This document shows, piece after piece, positions 19,929-28,190 of a DNA stretch of 64,000 nucleotides. Each line of letters opens with the position of its first letter. The stretch's first letter is position 1. This stretch comes from Candidatus Bathyarchaeota archaeon (GTDB taxonomy: Archaea; Thermoproteota; Bathyarchaeia; TCS64). The DNA is taken from positions 96,001 to 160,000 of the forward strand of contig CAVYLP010000001.1 in NCBI GenBank assembly GCA_963769425.1. The letters run 5' to 3'. A program made the position numbers and the translations under genes. The notes under the pieces are model-generated. The model was not told the origin of the DNA, ran no database searches, and was given only the letters and a program-made list of their open reading frames with translations.

Positions 19929-21102
19929 CTTCGAGCAGGGCCACAGGTTCGCCACCCCTCAAGTAGACTCGCGGTGTGTAGGGGTTGAGGTGGTTGAGAA
20001 CACTGTAGGTCATCCACCCCGCAGTCTCGGCGAACCTGCTGAGCGTGTTCTCCCCGGTACACCCGATCAACTCGACGACGTCGCCCTGCTTTGCCTCGAC
20101 GCCGCGTAGGTCGATGAGAATGTGGTTGAGGCTTATTGAGCCGACGCTGTTCCGGTACTGCCCGTCGACGAGTATGCGTGCCTTGTTCGACATCTCTCGG
20201 GGGACGCCGTCGTAGAAGCCGACATGGACCGTGCCGACGGGCATGTCCTCGGGGGCGACGAACTTGCCCCAATAGGTAACCGAGTCGCCACTGCTGATGG
20301 TCTTGACGTACTCTATCCTCGCCTTCCAGCTTAGTGCCTGCCTGAGCTTGGGGCCTGAGGCTACGTCCTTTGGCTCGGGGTAGACGCCGTAGAGGCTCAT
20401 GCCGGGGCGGACGAGGTCGAGGTGGGCCTCCGGGTTGTTGAGGGTCGCGTCGGTGCTGGCGAGGCTAAGAAGACCCGGGTCGACGCTGGAGGATCGCAGC
20501 TCATCCGCGACGGCCTTGATGCGCCCTATCTGCTGCTTGTCCTGCTCCGGGTTCTGCATGAGTGTGCTCATGATGCCATCTAGGTGGATACGAGGGAGGG
20601 CCACGATTCTCTTGATGAGGTCGGGCGCTTCCTCATGCCAGACGCCGACGCGGCGCAGGCCGGTGTCCACCTTGACGAAGACCTCGGCGGTCTTGCCAAG
20701 CCTCTCCGCTGCCTTGCTGAGACTCTCCGCGGCGTCCATCGTGTAGACGACCTGCGTCACCCCCTTCACGACGGCCGCCTCGTACTGCTCCGCTGCCCAG
20801 AGTGGATCCATGTTGACGGCCCTGAGGCCGGTGTTCTCACTGATCTGGATCGCCTCGCGGGTCTTGGCGACGAGGACGCGCTTGATGCCGTTGTCCTCGA
20901 AGTGGGCCACGAGGGGGAGGAGGCCGTGGCCGTATGCGTTGTTCTTGACGCACGGCATCACCTCGGCCCTCGTATGCCTCCGAATCTCGGCGAGGTTGTT
21001 TGAGACGGCGTCGAGGTCGACTTCGATCCAGCTGCCGAATCCCTCAATCCTTCGCCTTATCTCGGCGGGCTTCGGCTGCTTCGACCAGTAACTATGGGGC
21101 AT
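19921..21102 (-). CDS. alr: alanine racemase family protein (PLP, fold type III)
   Basis: VKNNAYGHG PLP-Lys motif, KVDTGLRRVG, LVRPGMSLYG, GFYDG. Confidence 0.85.
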   Translation of the reverse strand: MPHSYWSKQPKPAEIRRRIEGFGSWIEVDLDAVSNNLAEIRRHTRAEVMPCVKNNAYGHGLLPLVAHFEDNGIKRVLVAKTREAIQISENTGLRAVNMDPLWAAEQYEAAVVKGVTQVVYTMDAAESLSKAAERLGKTAEVFVKVDTGLRRVGVWHEEAPDLIKRIVALPRIHLDGIMSTLMQNPEQDKQQIGRIKAVADELRSSSVDPGLLSLASTDATLNNPEAHLDLVRPGMSLYGVYPEPKDVASGPKLRQALSWKARIEYVKTISSGDSVTYWGKFVAPEDMPVGTVHVGFYDGVPREMSNKARILVDGQYRNSVGSISLNHILIDLRGVEAKQGDVVELIGCTGENTLSRFAETAGWMTYSVLNHLNPYTPRVYLRGGEPVALLEAS

Positions 21103-21307
21103 GGCTCCATCTTCATGGCGAATCTGTATAAGCGTGTCGATGATGCGTGTTAAATGCCTATTTCGGTACATAATCGAGCTTGAACGGCGTCGTTTCCGCG
21201 TCCCTTTCAGTGATTAGTGCCCTGTTTTGGATTATTTTGGGTACCCCCTCCCCGTTTTGGGCACCAGGTTGATAACGGGGGAGGCAGAGTCTCTTCTGGT
21301 GCCTGGT

Positions 21308-21718
21308 ATGGGTGAGGTGGTAGCGGGGACGTTGTCGGATGGCTCCCCCTGCCTGCGCAATCGTTGTATCGCCTGCTGCCTAGAGACGGAGATGCCCCTC
21401 ACCGAGGACGACATCAAGAGAATAGAGAAGCTCGGCTTCAAGCGCGCAGACTTCACAGTCGAAGCCGAGGGGGAGACCCGCCTCAGGAACGTGAAGAAGT
21501 CGTGCTTCTTCCTTCGGGTGGGTAAGTGCATTGTCTACGAGGAGCGCCCAGAGGGCTGCAGAATATACCCACTCGTCTACGACGTCGACTCGCACAAATT
21601 CGTCTATGACACTGTTTGCATCCATTCTAGCGAATTTAAGGCGAAGCGAGAGGACAAGGACAAATTAAAGCGTCTTATAACTAAACTTGATAAAGAATCA
21701 TCGAAAAGATACTGTTAA
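21308..21718 (+). CDS. YkgJ family cysteine-cluster protein
   Basis: C...C..CC, C.FL....C.VYEERP..CR.YP. Confidence 0.85.
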   Translation: MGEVVAGTLSDGSPCLRNRCIACCLETEMPLTEDDIKRIEKLGFKRADFTVEAEGETRLRNVKKSCFFLRVGKCIVYEERPEGCRIYPLVYDVDSHKFVYDTVCIHSSEFKAKREDKDKLKRLITKLDKESSKRYC

Positions 21719-21776
21719 GTTATTTGACCTGAAATGAAAAAGGGTCTAATTGACTCAATTCTACAATCACTTTAAA

Positions 21777-22535
21777 TCAGGTATGACGTACTGAATTATG
21801 CCAATTACATGCAATACATGAACATTCTTCATCAATAAAATGTTTAAGTCCTTCTGGCCCACCACGAAGTGATTTCTTATCAAAACTTGGAAATATTCTG
21901 TCAAAATATTTACTATCTTTACGTTCATAATATCTAAAAACTGAATAAGCACAAACATCTGCAAGTTCAAGCATTCTTGTATCACGTGCGCCAGCAAAGT
22001 ACGGAATATCAACAATATTTGTCATTTTTCCATATTTTGAACCTATGCTCTGGAACTCTGCAATTAATTCACGATAACGTTCTTGGTGAGCCTGATCAAT
22101 TATTAATAATCCTTTTCCTCGAAGATCTTTACTATATAGCCGTTTCATAAAAATATTAAAACGACTAGTTAAATCTTCCACTGTTTTTTCTAACGCTTCT
22201 TTTGGAGTTCTTAAAGCACTGATATGTATACATGTAGAAAACGAAACCAAATTTGGAAATGTTTGTCTACCGATGAGATCACATATATCATTTAGGAGTT
22301 TTTCCCTATTCTCGGGGGGCATATGGTCAAAATGACTCTTGGCTTGATGTATGTCCACTGCGTGAAGAGGAATGCGTATTTTTATTGATGGAAAATAACG
22401 TTTTTGAATAATATCCATCTCTTTAGTCAATCTTTGTATTTGACCTTCGTGAATCGCTACAGCACCTAATACAAAATGGGTTTGATTACTCCATCCATTA
22501 GGGTCTCCTGATTCATCAATGTATAATAGGTGCAT
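21777..22535 (-). CDS. DUF3800 domain protein
   Basis: N-terminal LYIDESGD and C-terminal LELADVCAY motifs; AT-rich. Confidence 0.85.
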   Translation of the reverse strand: MHLLYIDESGDPNGWSNQTHFVLGAVAIHEGQIQRLTKEMDIIQKRYFPSIKIRIPLHAVDIHQAKSHFDHMPPENREKLLNDICDLIGRQTFPNLVSFSTCIHISALRTPKEALEKTVEDLTSRFNIFMKRLYSKDLRGKGLLIIDQAHQERYRELIAEFQSIGSKYGKMTNIVDIPYFAGARDTRMLELADVCAYSVFRYYERKDSKYFDRIFPSFDKKSLRGGPEGLKHFIDEECSCIACNWHNSVRHT

Positions 22536-22581
22536 TTTAAACTGGATTATTTATATTACACTAACTTGGTAATAAAATGAT

Positions 22582-22621
22582 GCAACTGGTAACGGATCGC
22601 CGAGGCAACCCTTCCAGTCGC
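22582..22621 (-). ncRNA. candidate structured RNA leader upstream of the DUF3800 gene
   Basis: Minus strand GCGACUGG-AA-GGGUUGC-CUCG-GCGAUCC-GUUA-CCAGUUGC forms two stems using G-U pairs; TTTATAAA box at 22644-22651, 23 nt upstream. Confidence 0.6.
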
Positions 22622-22713
22622 AATAGTTGTGTACATATGGGGGTTTATAAAATTTTATGGATGCGGATACTGTTACGTTATCGTAATATCCCCCAAAGTC
22701 AAATAGATACATT

Positions 22714-24085
22714 GTGCGAGTCAGTCAACTCTATCTGCTTACCATACTTGCTCTCAGTTTGATCTCGGCAGCAGCCTTCATCTCAACCCGTGTTACCCCA
22801 TCTTACACTGAGAGGACCATCACTGTCAACCACACGGGCTACAAAAACCTCACCGACATGGCCGAGTCCACTAAGATGATACTCGTAGGAACAGTTACAC
22901 AAATCAAGTCCACAACAGGGCCCTCCGTAGAGTCGCCGACGACCAAGTTCGAGGTCAGGATAGATAAATGGTTGAATCCCTTAACTGCAAGCAACTTCAC
23001 AACAGCGACCGTTATCCAGATTGGGTCCCGTGACAGCACAGGATCAGCGGGAACGATCGACGACCCCTTGATGAAGGTTGGAGAGCAAAACGTATTCTTC
23101 CTCTTCGACGGCGAGGGCGATGGGACGCAGAAACCATACTCCACCACTGGAGAATGGGGCAGGTTCAGAGTCCAAGACGGTGAAGTTCATCCCATCAACC
23201 ATGTTTGGCAAGAGTACGATGGGATGAATCTGGACACGTTCATCGATTTGGTGAATTATAAACCATCGAGGCAAGCTCTGATAATAATCGGCATCGGGTA
23301 CAGTGAGATGCTCAACTCCTCCACGACCCTCCAAGTTGTACGGGAGTGGAAAGAGGGACAACTCACCGACATCCCATACGTGGTGAACAACGAGACATTA
23401 TTCGATAGCCTGAGGATCGGCACCACATACAACGTAACCTACCACGTATCCGACATTCCCCAGCTGGGACGATGCTACGTCATCTTAGAGGCCAAGATGG
23501 TTCCGTATGAAAGTGGCACTCTCGGGACAAACCCGCATCACATCCCATTCCTGGGTCCGGTCCCAATTGGTCCCACAGCCGAAGAAGCGTATGGGCCTAA
23601 AGTCGACCTAAAGACAGCGGCGGCCCAGTGGAAGAAAGATCGCGGAGAGCCACTACTCCAACCGACTTGGCTCCCCGAAGGTTTAACGCAGACCTCAGTC
23701 TCCGCTCAATGGGAAAACCCAACTACCCAGACAGGGAAGCTGAAGGAGGTTACGATTCTGTACAGTTTCAGTGGGATCGACGATCCGTTTACAGCCGAGC
23801 TCCAACTGAGGGTAATGATGCCGTGGTCGACGACGTTTTTATCACCACGCTGGCTACGTGACAATGTTAACCTAGGCGGTAACTACACCGAATTGGATGG
23901 CCGCCCCAGGTACATAGGAATAATGGGTTGGTTCGATGGGGGATACTTCGAGATGTATGGTGGAACAACATTGGTTCATGTCTACGCAGGTAGGGGACGT
24001 CGTTTACTTCTTCAGGGTGCCAGAAGGATTCTCAACAAGAGACCTAGTGAAGATTGCAGACAGCCTTAAGCCAGCGCTGGGGTAA
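22714..24085 (+). CDS. secreted hypothetical protein; probable frameshift near 23990
   Basis: Signal peptide, long ORF; the alternative frame continues ..EDLVKIADSLKPALG* to 24085. Confidence 0.7.
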
Positions 24086-24255
24086 TGGTTTAAATGGGAT
24101 TAATTTACCACTAAATATAACTTTATGTTACTAGTGAGTAACATCCCAACTTAAATAGAGATAAATCGATTAAAACTATAAAAAATTAACAAGAACATTC
24201 AAACCAACACCCTACTATGAGGGTCATTGAAAGAGGACAATGGAAAAGGGCTGCA

Positions 24256-24516
24256 TTACTCGCTGTCTTCCTCTACGCCCTCGACCTCCACGGGGCGGTA
24301 ATCCTTCTTCTCAAGAGTCAAATTACCATACACTGCACCTATGAACCGGGCGAACAGGAGCTTCCGCCTAACCGCGTTATAAGTAGACTCCGCCATACCG
24401 TGCTCCTGGAGCTTAATCTTCAGGTTGCCCTCGGAGACGTGGTCGAAGCCGCACCCGTGCAGGGTGTCGAGGAAGAGGAGATCGTCCTCCGTAAGCTCAA
24501 GCTTCTTACCCGCCAT
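24256..24516 (-). CDS. small hypothetical protein (possibly winged-helix)
   Basis: 86 aa with host-like codon usage and an acidic tail. Confidence 0.6.
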   Translation of the reverse strand: MAGKKLELTEDDLLFLDTLHGCGFDHVSEGNLKIKLQEHGMAESTYNAVRRKLLFARFIGAVYGNLTLEKKDYRPVEVEGVEEDSE

Positions 24517-24717
24517 AAACGTCACCGGCTCCGAGTCGGCCCATTATCTCACCAACGTAGGGGAGATTAAATCCTTGCCCCCATTGAGAACCGAACACGG
24601 TGAAAATTCTCAGATCCAAGCTCGAGCTAAACCCCTAACGCTTATTGATTAGGGCAAGTAAATCCTAGTCATTACCGCCGAATCGTGTATATACCGGCAG
24701 TCCGGTTCCTGCTGGAT

Positions 24718-25170
24718 ATGGAACTCAGCACGATACCCTGGTGGGGCTACGCCCTCGGAACCATGGCCATGTTCGGCGTCACAAACTCACTACTAAAATT
24801 CGCCTCACACGAGAAAATGGACAGTATCTTCGCATCCCAGATACTCTGGCTCAGCGTCGGTATCTTCGGCCTCATCTTCTTCGCCTACTATTACTCAACG
24901 GGCTCCTTCACATCCAACTTAACCGGAACATCATCCCTCTTACTCATGGTCCCAGCCGTCGCCGGGGTCTGCCTAGCGGCGGGCATGTTCTTCATAAAGA
25001 AGGCCGTCGCCATCGGCCCAGCGGGCCCAGCGACGGCGATCTCGGCCGGTAACGCCATCCTCGTCGCCCTCTTCGCCTACGTCGTCCTCAAAGAGGGACT
25101 CAGCATGCCGAAGGTGATCGGGATGATTATGGTCGTCGGCGGCATCATAGTAATGAGCGTATTCGTCTAA
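24718..25170 (+). CDS. EamA/DMT family membrane protein
   Basis: Five TM segments; LKEGLSMPKVIG..MVVGG motif. Confidence 0.85.
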   Translation: MELSTIPWWGYALGTMAMFGVTNSLLKFASHEKMDSIFASQILWLSVGIFGLIFFAYYYSTGSFTSNLTGTSSLLLMVPAVAGVCLAAGMFFIKKAVAIGPAGPATAISAGNAILVALFAYVVLKEGLSMPKVIGMIMVVGGIIVMSVFV

Positions 25171-25237
25171 GAGTTCTTCGAGACCCTCTACGCCGCTAAA
25201 TTGATTTAGCCATCGGTGAATAGTCAACCGATACACC

Positions 25238-25633
25238 ATGCAAGTCAAGAAGCTCGGCGAGGTGACGGCGGAGCCCACCTCCGGCGGAATATTCACGGGA
25301 GAGGTAGCCATCCAAAGGGTCTTCGGCAAGGAGACGGGGACGACAGACCTCAACATAAGCCTTGTATCGTTCCCAGCGGGGGTCAGGAATACCTGGCACA
25401 CCCACCAGCACGATCAGTGCCTCTGGATACTCGCCGGAAGAGGTAAAGTAGCGAGTAGAGAGAGGGAATATACCGCCGAGCCCGGGATGGCCTTCCTCAT
25501 CCCCGCCGGCGAGAGCCACTGGCATGGCAGCGTCGGCGAGGACTTCAGCCACATAAGCATCGTCGGCGGTATTGGCCCCACAAAGCCGGACGGGCCCAAC
25601 CCCTTTAAATCGGAGCCCGCATCCATCAGTTGA
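25238..25633 (+). CDS. cupin domain protein
   Basis: WHTH...Q.L..L.G.G and IPAGESHWHG motifs. Confidence 0.9.
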   Translation: MQVKKLGEVTAEPTSGGIFTGEVAIQRVFGKETGTTDLNISLVSFPAGVRNTWHTHQHDQCLWILAGRGKVASREREYTAEPGMAFLIPAGESHWHGSVGEDFSHISIVGGIGPTKPDGPNPFKSEPASIS

Positions 25634-25638
25634 TCTGA

Positions 25639-26406
25639 TTGAGCCCAGAGGCGAGGCTGAGGGTCGGCGGCATCACAGACATGTCCACCGTCGACTGGTA
25701 CGGTAACGTTAGCCTCATCGTTTTCTGCGCGGGCTGCAACTACAGGTGCTCCTACTGCCAGAACTCGGGCCTCATACCCCTCGACTCGGGGCAAGAGATA
25801 GACCTCAACCTCTTCAGGGAGCGCCTCGAGGCGAACAAGTTCATCAACGACGCCGTCGTCTTCACCGGGGGGGAGCCCGCCCTCCAGCCAGACGCTATAA
25901 TCGAGGCCGCTAGACTCGCCAAGAGCCGCGGACTAAAGGTAATGCTCGACAGCAACGGCAGCGTCAAGGAAAATATTGATAGGATTCTCAGAAGCGGCGT
26001 CATTGACAGGGTCGCCCTCGACGTGAAGGCACCGATAAACCTCATCGATTATGGCAGGGTCACTGGTCGTCCCGACCTTGGGGAAGCCTCTGTCGAGGCC
26101 GTTGAGCATTGCCTCAACTTGAGTAAGGAGCTGGGCATCGAGATGGAGGTGCGCACCACCGTTGCCCCAGGCGTCTCCGACGACCCCGCCTTCATCCGAA
26201 GCATCGCCGAATCAATCAAGGGAAGATGCGACGTATTCTACCTCCAGCAGTTCGACAACCTCGGAGAGGTGCTGAGCCAAACCCTTAAACAGGAGAAACC
26301 TCCTACGAGGGAGGCAATGACGAGCCTCGCCCGAGTAGCCCTGCAGACGGGACTCAGGAACGTCTTCATCAAGACGCGAAGTAATGGGCTCGAGAGGATG
26401 GGCTAA
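25639..26406 (+). CDS. radical SAM protein, anaerobic ribonucleotide reductase activating protein family
   Basis: GCNYRCSYCQN, FTGGEP, LDSNG, ALDVKAP and EVRTT motifs. Confidence 0.88.
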   Translation: MSPEARLRVGGITDMSTVDWYGNVSLIVFCAGCNYRCSYCQNSGLIPLDSGQEIDLNLFRERLEANKFINDAVVFTGGEPALQPDAIIEAARLAKSRGLKVMLDSNGSVKENIDRILRSGVIDRVALDVKAPINLIDYGRVTGRPDLGEASVEAVEHCLNLSKELGIEMEVRTTVAPGVSDDPAFIRSIAESIKGRCDVFYLQQFDNLGEVLSQTLKQEKPPTREAMTSLARVALQTGLRNVFIKTRSNGLERMG

Positions 26407-26409
26407 GAC

Positions 26410-26958
26410 ATGGCCCGGAGACGACTCATTCTCCTGACGGGGATGGCCGGCTCCGGAAAGACAACCCTTTCTGGAATCATACGCGAATCCGGGCTACGCG
26501 TCATAACCATGGGCGACGTCATCAGAGACCTCGCAAAGCAGAAAGCGCTTGACCCAACCCCGGAGAACATCGGGCACCTAGCCGAAGAGATACGCAAAGG
26601 TGGCCCCGACGCCGTCGCCCGCCGTTGTGTAGAGATGCTCAAGAAAGGACCAGACGGACTCACAGTCGTCGACGGGATCAGGAGCATCGCCGAGGTCGAC
26701 GCATTCGAGGACGACTTCGACGTTGTCCTCATCGCGCTATGGGCCAGCCCCCTCAGCAGGTACAAGAGACTCACTCGCAGAGGCCGAAGCGACGACCCGA
26801 AGACTTGGGAAGAGTTCAAGGAAAGAGAGCACCGCGAGCTCGGATTCGGGATTGGTGACGCCATCGCCTCCAGCGACTACATGATCAAGAACGACGACGG
26901 AATAAACAGCTTAAAACCCGCCTTCGACGAGATCATGGAGAAGATAAAGAATGGCTGA
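26410..26958 (+). CDS. UPF0200 P-loop kinase (archaeal dephospho-CoA kinase-like)
   Basis: GMAGSGKT, MGDVIR, VDGIRS, RGRSDD, RELGFG. Confidence 0.88.
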   Translation: MARRRLILLTGMAGSGKTTLSGIIRESGLRVITMGDVIRDLAKQKALDPTPENIGHLAEEIRKGGPDAVARRCVEMLKKGPDGLTVVDGIRSIAEVDAFEDDFDVVLIALWASPLSRYKRLTRRGRSDDPKTWEEFKEREHRELGFGIGDAIASSDYMIKNDDGINSLKPAFDEIMEKIKNG

Positions 26959-27352
26959 AGTTAGAGTCATCGTCAAGGCTCACCTCAACGCTACCGAAGA
27001 TCCCGAAAAGCTTGAGAAGGCCATCACCAATCTCTTCGGCGACGTGAAGCCCCAGCGTAGCAAGGAGCACGGCGCCACATATCTAAAATTTGAGGCCACG
27101 GGCATCGATGCCCTCCGACAACTCAGGCAGAGGATTGCAAGCGACAGGATCAGGGACGCCGCAAGGGCAATGCTCAGTCGCTGGGCCGCTAAAAACGAGA
27201 AGGTCACTTTTCACCTCAACAGGCAAGCAGCATATGCGAACCATGTAAGCATCTATCACGCAAGCAAGTCTCCCCTAGGCCCAATAGAAGTGGAGATAGA
27301 TGGACAACCGGAAAAAATTATTGAATTTCTCACGGGCAAAGGCCCCGCCTAA
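26951..27352 (+). CDS. UPF0201/DUF54 RNA-binding domain protein
   Basis: TEDPEK..KAI.N, IRDAAR, LNRQAA, PLGPI; conserved archaeal neighbour of UPF0200. Confidence 0.88.
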   Translation: MAEVRVIVKAHLNATEDPEKLEKAITNLFGDVKPQRSKEHGATYLKFEATGIDALRQLRQRIASDRIRDAARAMLSRWAAKNEKVTFHLNRQAAYANHVSIYHASKSPLGPIEVEIDGQPEKIIEFLTGKGPA

Positions 27353-27595
27353 CTAGTGACAACACCTACTTCAATAAGAGCTGAGAAAATGAATAGAGGT
27401 AATATAAGAAACCCCCGCGGTCGCTAATTTCGTTGAAAAAGTGTTAAAGATCAGCGTACATATTTAGTTCTTTATTAAGTGTAGGTGTTTCTCCTAGAGC
27501 CATAGATAGATGTCAACTACGACCACATACTGATAGCAGCGACATTACCTTCGCACTCCTAGTGAGGCTTGGAAAAGAGAAGAGATGACTGAATT

Positions 27596-28170
27596 ATTTT
27601 TTTTCAAATATGACTAGCTACTTGCGCGAGGGAGACTTGAAAACAGCTCATTTTCCACACTCTAAACACCCTACGTCGTTTGGAATTCTAATATCAAAAA
27701 GAATGCAGGTCCCTCTAAGCACAACGGAAGAAACATCCGGGACAATCCATACTGACAAATAAATCTATACGGCGGATCGATCCGCCATCATTCTTTATAT
27801 AGAAGAAAACTACGGTTCCAAGTCTAAAAATAATAGATATAACTAAACATTCAAGGTTCCACGATATCGCATTCAATGAAAGATGCAAGAAGATCGATGA
27901 TGGAAGGAAGGTTGTTTCTGGCGGGGAAATACCCCCATAGAGGGGGATCGACATCCACCCGCCTCAAGGCTCCTCTTCGGACTATTACAGATCTGTGTGA
28001 TCCTATGTATATCGAGAATATTTTTCAAACATCATATGCCACAATGACAAGTAAACTGAAAACAACTCCTTTTCACCCACCATGGGTTGAGTGAGATCGA
28101 TGGAGTTTTTTTTTCTTATATCCCCCTACTGGTTGCAAGAGAGACTTGAAAACGACCCCTTTTTCACACA
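27596..28170 (+). repeat. three degenerate direct repeats with GAGACTTGAAAAC...TTTTC(C/A)CAC core
   Basis: GAGACTTGAAAAC at 27632-27644 and 28141-28153, ACTGAAAAC at 28055-28063; each is preceded by a T-tract and followed by TTTTC..AC. Confidence 0.6.
27740..27959 (+). repeat. dispersed ~220-bp non-coding element, copy 1
   Basis: Collinear with the reverse complement of 60050-60273 (shared CTTTATATA, AGTCTAAAAATAA, GCAAGAAG..CGATGATGGAAGGAAGGT, CTGGC.GGGAAA.ACCCCC). Confidence 0.8.
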
Positions 28171-28190
28171 AACTATAACTTACAATAGTC

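Noticed and set aside
27911-27950. Archaeal ORB/replication origin (GGAAA plus G-string)
   Set aside because: Does not fit the TTCCAGTGGAAAC...GGGG consensus, is not iterated locally, and no cdc6/orc1 is nearby.
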